Positions 24,828 to 33,377 of a stretch of 64,000 nucleotides of DNA are shown here, one piece after another. Source of the DNA: an uncultured Ruminococcus sp. (GTDB lineage: Bacteria; Bacillota; Clostridia; Oscillospirales; Ruminococcaceae); the NCBI GenBank assembly GCA_946413695.1, contig CAMKLV010000001.1:21131-85130 (forward strand), in the 5' to 3' direction. The notes below the pieces were generated by a model, which saw only the letters and a list, made by a program, of their open reading frames with translations, was not told where the DNA came from and ran no database searches. Within the stretch, counting starts at the first letter, position 1, and each line of letters opens with the position of its first letter. The position numbers and the translations under genes were made by a program.

Positions 24828-25651
24828 GCGGAACTCTCTTCATCGTCGGTACGCCGATTGGAAATCTCGGCGACATGACCGAACGGCAGCTTGATGTGCT
24901 CAGCAGTGTTGATTTCATCGCTGCTGAGGATACGCGCGTCACACGGAAGCTGCTTTCCCATTTTGATATCCACACACCGCTTGTGAGCTACCACGAACAC
25001 AGCTCCGAGGCCGTGATCCGGCAAATTATGGATCGCATCACAGCAGGGGAGACCTGCGCAGTTGTGACTGATGCCGGTATGCCCTGCATCTCTGATCCCG
25101 GTGCGATTCTGGTACAGAACTGCATCGCGGACAATATCCCCATGCAGGTGATTCCGGGTCCGAGTGCTGTGATTTCTGCGCTGGCAATCTCCGGTCAGGA
25201 TACAACGCGCTTCTGCTTTGAAGGATTCCTCTCTGTGACAAAAAAGCAGCGGTTCACACATCTCGAATCCCTGCGCCATGAATCCCGAACGATGGTTTTC
25301 TATGAAGCGCCGCATAAACTCCTGAACACGCTGCGGGATATGCTCGAATATTTCGGCGACCGCTCGATTTCGATCTGCCGCGAGCTGACCAAAATTCATG
25401 AGGAAATGACAAAGACAACGCTTGCCGAAGCGGTGCGATACTATGAATCCAATCCGCCGCGCGGTGAATTTGTGCTGGTTGTTGCCGGTGAGACAGTGAA
25501 TCAGGAGGACGAAAAGCCTTCGCTGGAGGCTGTTCTCGCAATTGCACGCGAGCGAATCGCGGGCGGGGAACGTGCTGCGGATGTCTGCAAGCAGCTTGCC
25601 GCTGAAACAGGTTATCCCAAACGCGTGCTGTATCAGGCAGTGATCTCATAA
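24824..25651 (+). CDS. rsmI: 16S rRNA (cytidine1402-2'-O)-methyltransferase
   Basis: LFIVGTPIGNLGDMTERQLDVLSSVDFIAAEDTRVTRKLL and FYEAPHKL are RsmI signatures. ATGA overlap with the upstream gene. Confidence 0.9.
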   Translation: MSGTLFIVGTPIGNLGDMTERQLDVLSSVDFIAAEDTRVTRKLLSHFDIHTPLVSYHEHSSEAVIRQIMDRITAGETCAVVTDAGMPCISDPGAILVQNCIADNIPMQVIPGPSAVISALAISGQDTTRFCFEGFLSVTKKQRFTHLESLRHESRTMVFYEAPHKLLNTLRDMLEYFGDRSISICRELTKIHEEMTKTTLAEAVRYYESNPPRGEFVLVVAGETVNQEDEKPSLEAVLAIARERIAGGERAADVCKQLAAETGYPKRVLYQAVIS

Positions 25652-25652
25652 C

Positions 25653-25685
25653 AAAAAGCCGGAGACGCAAATCTCCGGCTTTTTC
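25653..25685. terminator. Bidirectional terminator (rsmI / coaX convergent)
   Basis: AAAAAGCCGGAGA-CGCAAA-TCTCCGGCTTTTT, a perfect 9-bp stem flanked by A and T runs. Confidence 0.8.
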
Positions 25686-26450
25686 TCATGCCTTATAGTT
25701 TTTGTAGAACAGCGTGTCGAGACCTTTCAGCAGCAGTTCATCATCAATAATGATGTCATGACGGCAGTGCGGAACGATCAGCGGTGCAAGCCCGCCGCTT
25801 GCGATCACCGTGGTCTCATAGCCGAGCTCAGCCTGCATCCGGTCAATCAACGCATCCATTGCACCGGCATTGCCGTATACAACACCTGCCTGCATCGAAT
25901 CAATGGTCTCCATATTGATGACCTTTTTCGGCGCGATCAGCTGGATATGCGGCAGCTGTGCCGTGCCGGATTCAAGCGACTGCAGTGCGAGCGAAACGCC
26001 CGGATAGATGATGCCGCCGATAAAGTGCTTCTCGCGGTTGACAACGGTCATCGTTGTTGCGGTGCCCATATCAATGATGATTGCAGGCGCACCGTAATGT
26101 TCGATTGCTGCAACTGCGCCCACAACAAGATCCGCGCCGACGCCCTGCGGCAGAATATTGATTCCGGTTTTGATACCGTGGCCGACAATCAGAGAACGGA
26201 TACCGGTCAGCTTCTCGACTGCATTGCAGAGCAGATCAGTGAGCGGCGGCACAACGCTGGAAATGATCGAGCCGTGCAGATTCGTAATGTCAACCTGATG
26301 CAGCTCAAGCACCATTTTCACGAGAACCGCAAATTCCAGATCGGTCTTGTTGCGGTCTGAATGCAGGCGCTCGACAAATTCGACCTGATGATCATTGACG
26401 CATCCGATGCAGATATTCGAGTTTCCGATGTCAATCGTGAGGATTTTCAT
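25686..26450 (-). CDS. coaX: Type III pantothenate kinase
   Basis: MKILTIDIGNSNICIGC, IIIDMGTATT and VIASGGLA are CoaX/ASKHA motifs. Confidence 0.9.
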   Translation of the reverse strand: MKILTIDIGNSNICIGCVNDHQVEFVERLHSDRNKTDLEFAVLVKMVLELHQVDITNLHGSIISSVVPPLTDLLCNAVEKLTGIRSLIVGHGIKTGINILPQGVGADLVVGAVAAIEHYGAPAIIIDMGTATTMTVVNREKHFIGGIIYPGVSLALQSLESGTAQLPHIQLIAPKKVINMETIDSMQAGVVYGNAGAMDALIDRMQAELGYETTVIASGGLAPLIVPHCRHDIIIDDELLLKGLDTLFYKNYKA

Positions 26451-26464
26451 GCAGCTATCCTTTC

Positions 26465-27055
26465 TTATTCAGCCGATGCAGTTTCCGGCTTCTTGATAAT
26501 ATTCAGAATTCTGACAATCGCGGTGCTGAGAACGAGATTGATGCCCATCTCAACAAGAAAGTTGAGTCCGATAAATCCGAACAGGAAATATGCGCCGACA
26601 TTTTCGTAGCCGCTTGCCGCGCCCCATTCCTTGATTGTGTTCAGGAAAAACAGCACACAGCCGATCAGAAATACGCCGGTATTCACCACCGGGCAGACAA
26701 CACCGGCGGTCAGAACAGCAGCCCACTGATTTTTCTTCTCCAGCAGCTTATATACCGCACCGGCAGCAGCACCGGCAAGCATGCCCTTCATGATGCAGGT
26801 AATAATTGTGCCCGGTACATTGATTGCAAGGAACGCAGCAGCATCGGTTGCGAGAACCATGACACCGAATACAAATCCAAGCCATGCGCCTGCCTTCCAG
26901 CCGTAGAGCGCTGCACCGATGATAATCGGGGCCAGCACAAGCGTAATGCTGAACGGTCCGAAGTGAATCGCGCTGCCGATTCCCTGCAGCACGATCACGA
27001 TTGCGGTCAGAATGCCCATTCCGACCAGAGTCTGAACTGAAAATTTCTTTGACAT
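26465..27055 (-). CDS. ECF transporter S component (substrate-capture subunit; pantothenate specificity suggested only by linkage to coaX)
   Basis: 196-aa, about 6-TM protein (MSKKFSVQTLVGMGILTAIVIVLQ...), 14 nt upstream of coaX, with a GGAGGAGG RBS. The ORF-track start was trimmed. Confidence 0.65.
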   Translation of the reverse strand: MSKKFSVQTLVGMGILTAIVIVLQGIGSAIHFGPFSITLVLAPIIIGAALYGWKAGAWLGFVFGVMVLATDAAAFLAINVPGTIITCIMKGMLAGAAAGAVYKLLEKKNQWAAVLTAGVVCPVVNTGVFLIGCVLFFLNTIKEWGAASGYENVGAYFLFGFIGLNFLVEMGINLVLSTAIVRILNIIKKPETASAE

Positions 27056-27188
27056 ATAAATGCCTCCTCCTGTTATTATTCCCATGCGGGATACAATACA
27101 AGCACGGACATCGCCGAGCGGACACAACTCCTCATGCGGAAATCCGGTCTTCGGCGGGAAGTACCAGTTTCAGCACATTGTGTGTCCG
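27056..27188 (-). promoter_or_regulatory. Structured 5' leader (candidate cis-regulatory RNA) of the ECF-S/coaX operon
   Basis: Long-range stem CGGACACA (27181-27188) / UGUGUCCG (27119-27126) encloses a 9-bp bulged hairpin (27144-27167, loop CCGCC). A further hairpin, UCCC-GCAU-GGGA (27080-27091), lies just before the SD (27063-27070). Confidence 0.4.
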
Positions 27189-27193
27189 AGTAC

Positions 27194-27222
27194 AGTATAG
27201 CATATTCGCATCTGTTTGTCAA
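27194..27222 (-). promoter_or_regulatory. Sigma-A-type promoter of the ECF-S/coaX operon
   Basis: Minus strand reads TTGACA (27217-27222), 17 nt, TATACT (27194-27199). Confidence 0.6.
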
Positions 27223-27230
27223 GTATTTCA

Positions 27231-27263
27231 CAAAGAAAAAGCACATGCCGTGTGACATGTGCT
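27231..27263 (-). terminator. Intrinsic terminator after the AI-2E transporter gene
   Basis: Minus strand reads AGCACAUG-8 nt-CAUGUGCU followed by UUUUCUUUG. Confidence 0.7.
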
Positions 27264-27271
27264 TTTCTGCG

Positions 27272-28591
27272 TTAATGCTTGCGTTTTCTGCGCTTCTTCT
27301 GCGATTTTTGCGTCGATTGAACGGCGGTCTGTGCCGCCGGCGCAGGTTCCGGCTGTTCAGGTTCAGGTATGATTTCCGGAACAGGCGGTGTATCAGGCGG
27401 TGCTCCCGCAACAGCCAATGCGGGCTCCGGTTCGTCATCCTCCGGCATATGGTCAATCGCTTCTTTGAGCAGCTGATAGATGATAGCGAACACCGGCACT
27501 GTAAAGATGATACCGAAGATGCCGCCCAATCCGCCGCCTAGAATGACTGCGATCAGCACGAGAAGCCCCGGCAGACCGATCGAGTTTCCAACCACGCGCG
27601 GATAGATAAACTGACCTTCGATTTGCTGGAGCGCCAGAATGAACACCAGAAACCAGATCACGCGATCCGGCGCCTCCACCCAGATCAGCAGCGCGCCGAT
27701 GCCGCCGCCGATCCATGCACCGATGATCGGAAGAAGGGCGGTGATGCCGGTCAGGATGCCGATTGTCGCTGCATAAGGAAAACGGAAGATATAAAGCCCG
27801 AGAGTACAGAGCGAACCGATGATGATCGCCTCCATAAACTGTCCGGTCAGGAAACTCGCAAAAGAAGAATTTGCAAGGCGCAGCACGCGGAAAACCCGCT
27901 CATGATAGCGCTTCGGTGTCAGAAGCTGAATAATCTTGTGTCCGACATAAAGCACACGCTTTTTTGCACTGAGCAGATAGATCGCAATGATCAGACCGAG
28001 CACAAGATTCGTAGCAGTCGAGAGCACAGAGCGTGTCGCAGTGAATGCCGTACCGAGCACGGATTCAACCTTACCGTCAAGCAGATTGCCGATAAAACCG
28101 ATTGTTGTATCCCAGTCCATATCGAATTCACGGATCTTGTCCATGATAAAGGACGGGGCATTCCATGCGTTCAGCTGCGCTTCAACCATCGACAGCAGTT
28201 GATCCTGACTGCTCGGCATTTTCTCGATCAGTGTGTTGACAGCCGTTGTGAGCTGCGGGATAATCATGAAAATGATCAAAGCGAGCAAAATCATCGCAAC
28301 GAGACCTGTGCAGATCGCACTCAGGATCGGATTGAGTTTGCGCTCCCAGACATGCTCGGAATTCGCCATGCTGCGGAAGATTTTTTTCTGAAACAGATTC
28401 AGGAACAGGTTGATCACAAACGCAATGCAGATGCCGTATGCGACCGGTTCGAGAATCGCAAATATCCAGATGAATACGCTTTTGATCGAGGAGAAATTCT
28501 GCAGTCCCATATAAAGCAGGATGCCGTATGTGACCAGCAGAAACATTGTTTTTCTGTGCGGCTTGTTTTCCTTATCAGGTGTGTTTCTCAT
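27272..28591 (-). CDS. AI-2E family transporter (PerM-like) with Pro-rich/basic C-terminal tail
   Basis: ITALLPIIGAWIGGGIGALL...ALQQIEGQFIYPRVVGNSIGLPGLLVLIAVILGG is the AI-2E/UPF0118 signature. ATGA overlap with the ppk stop. Confidence 0.8.
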   Translation of the reverse strand: MRNTPDKENKPHRKTMFLLVTYGILLYMGLQNFSSIKSVFIWIFAILEPVAYGICIAFVINLFLNLFQKKIFRSMANSEHVWERKLNPILSAICTGLVAMILLALIIFMIIPQLTTAVNTLIEKMPSSQDQLLSMVEAQLNAWNAPSFIMDKIREFDMDWDTTIGFIGNLLDGKVESVLGTAFTATRSVLSTATNLVLGLIIAIYLLSAKKRVLYVGHKIIQLLTPKRYHERVFRVLRLANSSFASFLTGQFMEAIIIGSLCTLGLYIFRFPYAATIGILTGITALLPIIGAWIGGGIGALLIWVEAPDRVIWFLVFILALQQIEGQFIYPRVVGNSIGLPGLLVLIAVILGGGLGGIFGIIFTVPVFAIIYQLLKEAIDHMPEDDEPEPALAVAGAPPDTPPVPEIIPEPEQPEPAPAAQTAVQSTQKSQKKRRKRKH

Positions 28592-30654
28592 ACTGTATCT
28601 TCTTTCATTTCATCAGATGCTGCCGCACGTTCATATGCAGCACGGTGGAGGATCTCCTGCGAAATCTGCTCAGGGCTGCCGCCCTCGGGCAAATGGTAAT
28701 CGCCGTCAGCCGTGCGGATCCGCGCCTTGACCGGATCATCGAACTGCAGCCGGAATTCATCATAGAGCCGCTGTTTCAGCGCCGCATCCTTGACCGGCGC
28801 ACAGATTTCAACGCGCTTGAGCGTATTGCGCGGCATCAGGTCAGCAGAGCCGAGATAAACGCGCATACGATCCTGCGTACCAAAGATATATACGCGCCCG
28901 TGTTCGAGATATCTGCCGACAATACTGCGCACCTCGATATGCTCCGTCTGACCGGCGACCTGCGGAATCAGACAGCAGACGCCGCGCACGAGCAGCTCAA
29001 TCCGGACGCCTGCGCAGGATGCTTCAATCAGCTTTTCCATGATTTTTTTATCGCAGAGACCGTTCATGCGCAGCCCGATATAAGCAGGCTCGCCGTCTTT
29101 TGCATGCTCGATTTCGGCTTCAATCATATCAAGCACAGCAGGCTGCAGACCGTACGGCGCAACGAGCAGTTCCTGCTGCGGTTCGGGCAGCTGATCCTGT
29201 TTCAGCGCTGCAAAGACATTCTCCGCGTCTGCGCCGATCTGCGGATCAGCCGTCATCAGGCAGTAATCTGTATAGATCGCAGCGGTCTTCTCATTGTAGT
29301 TTCCGGTGCCGATCTGCGTAAAGGTCTCGATCTTGCCGCGGTTCTTTCTGTGAATCAGCAGCAGCTTGGAATGCACCTTGTAATTCTCCGGTCCGTACAG
29401 CACATGAACACCGGCGCGCTCGAGCACCTTCGACCATTCGATATTGCCCTGCTCATCGAATCGCGCACGAAGCTCCGTCAGTGCAGTGACCTCTTTGCCT
29501 CTGCCCGCAGCTTCACAGAGCGCCGCAATCACACGGCTGTCGCGCGCCATGCGGTATAGCGTAATCTGAATGCTGATAACCGCCGGATCGTCCGCAGCCT
29601 CATCCAGCAGACGCAGAAACGGGCGGATGCTTTCATACGGATAGCTCAGCAGAATATCCTTCTTGCGGATCTGCGTGAACATCGCGCGGTTTTCCGCGAT
29701 CATAGAGGATTTCTGCGGCACCATGCGCGGATACTGCAGCTTCGGGTTCGTTGCAATATTCTTGCACTCATAGGCAAAGGAGAGATCAAGCGGCGCTTTT
29801 GCATAGAACACCTGCTCCATCGAGATTTCCAGCTTTTTGCAGAGATATTCCAGCGCAGGCTGATGAAACGTCTCCGAGAGTTCCAGACGGACAATCGGCA
29901 GACGGTTGCGCTCTGCGAGCATCAGTTCCATATCTGTGCGAGTGTCTCCGGTTCGCAGTGCGCCGATATCCTCGGGCGTAATGCTTGCAGAACGCGTCAC
30001 GCGCAGAATTGTGCGGTCGATCACGCGCGAATTACCGAATACAGTGTGCGCATAGGCGAGGATCACATCCTCAGCAAGGATAAATCTGCCGCTGTTGCCG
30101 AGCCGGATAATCCGCTGACACTGATCCGATACCGGCAGAATGCCCATCCGCACGCCGGATTTCGATTCCAGCCGCAGAACCACATAAAGCGCGCGGTCGC
30201 GCAGGAACGGCACCTGTTTGCCTTTATCAACGATTACCGGCAGCGAAACGGGACGAATCTCACGCTTGAACCATTCGCCCAGCAGTGCCTGTTCGGCAGG
30301 TGTTGCGGAGTGAATCGTCACACGCTCAAGCCCCTCAGCGCGCAATGCATCCATGATCTCATGGAATGCGGCGTCTCGTGCAGAGGAAAGTGAACGCACC
30401 TGCTCATAGATCGCACGGAGCTGTTCCTTCGGCTTCATTCTGCTGATCGAATCCTTCTTTTTCGGATCCTCATCCTGTTTGCGCAGCAGATTGCCGACAC
30501 GCACGCGGAAGAACTCATCCAGATTGCTCTGGAAAATGGCAGTAAAGCACAGCCGTTCCAGCAGGGGATTGCTCTCGGTCTGTGCCTCCTCCAATACTCT
30601 CTGATTGAAACGAAGCCACGAAAGTTCGCGGTTTTCAAAACAGTCTGATTTCAT
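28588..30654 (-). CDS. ppk: Polyphosphate kinase 1
   Basis: NRELSWLRFNQRVLEEA...LERLCFTAIFQSNLDEFFRVRVG N-terminus, the 688-aa length, and PLD-like C-terminal domains (HSKLLLI, EHGRVYIF). Confidence 0.92.
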   Translation of the reverse strand: MKSDCFENRELSWLRFNQRVLEEAQTESNPLLERLCFTAIFQSNLDEFFRVRVGNLLRKQDEDPKKKDSISRMKPKEQLRAIYEQVRSLSSARDAAFHEIMDALRAEGLERVTIHSATPAEQALLGEWFKREIRPVSLPVIVDKGKQVPFLRDRALYVVLRLESKSGVRMGILPVSDQCQRIIRLGNSGRFILAEDVILAYAHTVFGNSRVIDRTILRVTRSASITPEDIGALRTGDTRTDMELMLAERNRLPIVRLELSETFHQPALEYLCKKLEISMEQVFYAKAPLDLSFAYECKNIATNPKLQYPRMVPQKSSMIAENRAMFTQIRKKDILLSYPYESIRPFLRLLDEAADDPAVISIQITLYRMARDSRVIAALCEAAGRGKEVTALTELRARFDEQGNIEWSKVLERAGVHVLYGPENYKVHSKLLLIHRKNRGKIETFTQIGTGNYNEKTAAIYTDYCLMTADPQIGADAENVFAALKQDQLPEPQQELLVAPYGLQPAVLDMIEAEIEHAKDGEPAYIGLRMNGLCDKKIMEKLIEASCAGVRIELLVRGVCCLIPQVAGQTEHIEVRSIVGRYLEHGRVYIFGTQDRMRVYLGSADLMPRNTLKRVEICAPVKDAALKQRLYDEFRLQFDDPVKARIRTADGDYHLPEGGSPEQISQEILHRAAYERAAASDEMKEDTV

Positions 30655-30724
30655 AGCATTTACTCCTTTGCGGAAGTATATAGATATTATAATTATACTC
30701 TATTTTGCCGGATTCGTCAAGCCA

Positions 30725-30757
30725 TAAAAAGCAGCCCGAGGATCGCTCAGGCTGCTT
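30725..30757 (-). terminator. Intrinsic terminator after the anti-sigma gene
   Basis: Minus strand reads AGCAGCCUGAG-CGAUC-CUCGGGCUGCU followed by UUUUAU. Confidence 0.7.
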
Positions 30758-30763
30758 TCTTTG

Positions 30764-31699
30764 TTATTCCGCTTTTACCCATTCATATGAAGTGAAGGTT
30801 TCATTGTTCTCCTGATGTGTAACAGGCGTGACGCGATAAAGCACCTTACCGTTTGCATCAAGTGCCTCTCCCTCGGTGATGGTATCCCAGTTACTCCGGT
30901 CATTCATCTGTTCCTGCATCGTCAAATTCCGGGAAACTGTGCCAAACCCGTTATCGGGAATGATAATCTGCTTCTCGCCGAATGCCTGCACAACAATCTG
31001 CGCGACATTGGGATCCAGTGCGTAAAACATCCAGTAGTTCATGCATTTGCCGCCGTTTTCATAAAGCAGAGTACCAGGCGACATGATCAGCTTCTCGTCC
31101 TTTGAAAAGCCGCCGGAACCGCCGCCGCCGTCCTCCCACATGCCGAGCGTCAGCGGATTTTCACGGCTCATGTCACTGCACCAGAATCCGATCTGGTCGG
31201 AACCGGGGATATCTGCCGTCACAAACACTTCACGGTTTTTATGATCCGGTGTTGTGATCTGCCCAGTGAAATGCAGATCCAGCTTTGAAAAAATGCACAC
31301 TTCGTCCAGATGATAAACTTCGCGCATCCATTCATCATCTCTCCAGTTGGAGCGGACAAATCGTTTTGCCTGCGTTTTGGATGAATAACGATTTCCGATA
31401 TACCAGTTTCCGAGCACCATCACGAGGAAAATGCCCGCAAGCATCAGCAGCGTCGAACGGAGCAGAAGCCAGAGGCTCTTTTTCCGGACTCTGGTTGCAG
31501 TTTCTGCATATTTGGCTGTCGGTTCCGGCAGCGGTTCCTGTATTGATTGTTCAATATTTGTATTCATCTGTTTCCACTCCTTTGCGCAGTCAGGGCATTC
31601 TGCGATATGCGCCTCAACTGCCTTCTGACTTTTTTCGGAGGCGATGCCGTCAATGCAAAGGGGCATCAGGTCACGGATAATATCGTGATCATATTTCAT
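30764..31699 (-). CDS. Anti-sigma factor, zf-HC2 type, single-pass membrane protein
   Basis: The N-terminus IIRDLMPLCIDGIASEKSQKAVEAHIAECPDCAKEW carries an H-x3-C-x2-C motif. A TM helix (LLLRSTLLMLAGIFLVMVLG) is followed by an external domain of about 200 aa. It overlaps the sigma gene by 11 nt. Confidence 0.65.
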   Translation of the reverse strand: MKYDHDIIRDLMPLCIDGIASEKSQKAVEAHIAECPDCAKEWKQMNTNIEQSIQEPLPEPTAKYAETATRVRKKSLWLLLRSTLLMLAGIFLVMVLGNWYIGNRYSSKTQAKRFVRSNWRDDEWMREVYHLDEVCIFSKLDLHFTGQITTPDHKNREVFVTADIPGSDQIGFWCSDMSRENPLTLGMWEDGGGGSGGFSKDEKLIMSPGTLLYENGGKCMNYWMFYALDPNVAQIVVQAFGEKQIIIPDNGFGTVSRNLTMQEQMNDRSNWDTITEGEALDANGKVLYRVTPVTHQENNETFTSYEWVKAE

Positions 31700-32189
31700 A
31701 GCCGTACCTCTCTTTCATAGTATTCCGCAGCTTCACAACTGTCCGGTTATAGATGACAGCAGCTGTATTCGGGCGAATCTGCAGCAGTCTCGCGATCTCC
31801 GCATAGCTCATCTCAGAGTATAGGCGATACTGCATAACGGAGCGCGCCGGTTCTTCGAGATTCCCAATCAGACTGCGCAGAATTCCGAGCATTTCAGAAT
31901 GTTCCAGTTCTTCGCCGGGCGGCTGGGCGACCGGTTCCTCCTGCTTTTCTGCAATGCCGCGCTGCCGCATCTCCCTGCGCACATATTTCCCGTATACATT
32001 CTTGGCGATTTGAAACAGCCATGTCCGCATGCTGCATTCGCCGCGGAATTTGCCGAAGGAGAGGAACGCCTGATAGAATGTTTCCTGCGTCAGCTCCTCG
32101 GCAGTATGCTGATCACAGCCGGAAAGCCGCATTACAAAGCGAAATACATCCGGCTGAAATGACCGGTATATTTCCTCGAAAGCATCCAT
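31689..32189 (-). CDS. ECF-type RNA polymerase sigma factor
   Basis: AEELTQETFYQAFLSFGKFRGECSMRTWLFQIAKNVY (region 2) and MSYAEIARLLQIRPNTAAVIYNRTVVKLR (region 4). Start trimmed to the ATG 8 nt after AAGGAGG. Confidence 0.85.
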   Translation of the reverse strand: MDAFEEIYRSFQPDVFRFVMRLSGCDQHTAEELTQETFYQAFLSFGKFRGECSMRTWLFQIAKNVYGKYVRREMRQRGIAEKQEEPVAQPPGEELEHSEMLGILRSLIGNLEEPARSVMQYRLYSEMSYAEIARLLQIRPNTAAVIYNRTVVKLRNTMKERYGYEI

Positions 32190-32257
32190 CAGCGTCACCT
32201 CCTTATTCGTTTCTGAATCATGATTCTGTATATTAGTACCAGTTCCGCTGAGAAAAT

Positions 32258-32298
32258 TACAAAAGCAGCGAAGAAAATTTTTCTCCGCTGCTTTTTTT
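32258..32298 (-). terminator. Intrinsic terminator after the GH130 gene
   Basis: Long AGCAGCG-AGAAAA...UUUUCU-CGCUGCU hairpin with U-rich flanks on both strands. Confidence 0.65.
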
Positions 32299-32300
32299 GA

Positions 32301-33290
32301 TTATACCTGAGAATGTGTATCCAGCCACGCGATGACATCATCGACGGTGGTGAAGCAAAGGCTTGTGCATGTATCTGCACAGCCATAGTAGATCGCAATG
32401 CGTCCGGTCTCAGAATCCACGAGATTTGCGCAGGGGAATGTGACATTCGGCACATCACCGACACACTCGTAATCCTTCTGCGGACTGATGAGATATTCTC
32501 TGCCGCGCTTGAGAACCTTCCACGGCTCATCTTTATCGAGAAGTGCTGCCGAGAAGCTGTAGACATAACCGTTGCAGGAGGTCAGCACGCCGTGATAGAA
32601 GATCAGCCAGCCGCGGTCAGTTTCAATCGGGATCGGACCCGCACCGATTTTGGTGGATTCCCAGCCCATGCTCGGGCTCATCACATGGCGGTGTTTGCCC
32701 CAGAAAGTCATATCCGGAGACTGCGAAATGTAGATATCGCCGAACGGTGTATGACCGCTGTCAGAGGGACGGCTCATCATCATGAAGTTGCCACCGATCT
32801 TGCGCGGGAACAGAACACCGTTGCGGTTGAACGGCAGGAATGCATTTTCGATCTGATAGAATGTTTTGAAATCAAAGGTATAAGCGCAGCCGATGGTCGG
32901 TTTCCAGCCATACGCATTGCACCATGTCACATAGAAGCGATCCTCAATCCAGCAGACACGCGGATCGTAACCGTACTGGAAATCCTGAATGGTCGGATCG
33001 GTCTTGACAAACTCGATGCGCTGCTCGCTGATCTCCCAGTTCAGACCGTCCTTGGAGAAGCCGGCATGCAGTTCCATGTTGCGCGCTTTATCATCCACGC
33101 GAAAGACACCTGCAAAACCGCCCTCAAACGGAACGACTGCACTGTTAAAGATACTGTTGGACATTTCGAGATGATCGCGCCGAATCACCGGATTCTGCGC
33201 GTAACGCCAGATCACGTCCTTGCAGCCGGCAGGTTTCTCCTGCCACGGCATATTCGGGATCGGCGTTCCGTTGATAACCTGAACCTTCAT
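32301..33290 (-). CDS. Glycoside hydrolase family 130 (beta-mannoside phosphorylase-like)
   Basis: [24 protein letters not shown]...[22 protein letters not shown]...[16 protein letters not shown]...IFYHGV are GH130 beta-propeller hallmarks. No signal peptide. Confidence 0.75.
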   Translation of the reverse strand: MKVQVINGTPIPNMPWQEKPAGCKDVIWRYAQNPVIRRDHLEMSNSIFNSAVVPFEGGFAGVFRVDDKARNMELHAGFSKDGLNWEISEQRIEFVKTDPTIQDFQYGYDPRVCWIEDRFYVTWCNAYGWKPTIGCAYTFDFKTFYQIENAFLPFNRNGVLFPRKIGGNFMMMSRPSDSGHTPFGDIYISQSPDMTFWGKHRHVMSPSMGWESTKIGAGPIPIETDRGWLIFYHGVLTSCNGYVYSFSAALLDKDEPWKVLKRGREYLISPQKDYECVGDVPNVTFPCANLVDSETGRIAIYYGCADTCTSLCFTTVDDVIAWLDTHSQV

Positions 33291-33377
33291 AAATAAAATC
33301 ATGCCTTTCTGTTCGTGTTTTAAACACGTTTAATCTATGGTGCTATTATAACACAATTTGGCATGAATTTCAATAGA

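Noticed and set aside
27056-27188. Assigning the ECF-S leader to the THF, TPP, FMN or preQ1 riboswitch classes
   Set aside because: I could not find the conserved core sequences of any of these classes by eye, so I keep it as an unclassified structured leader. It needs a covariance-model search.
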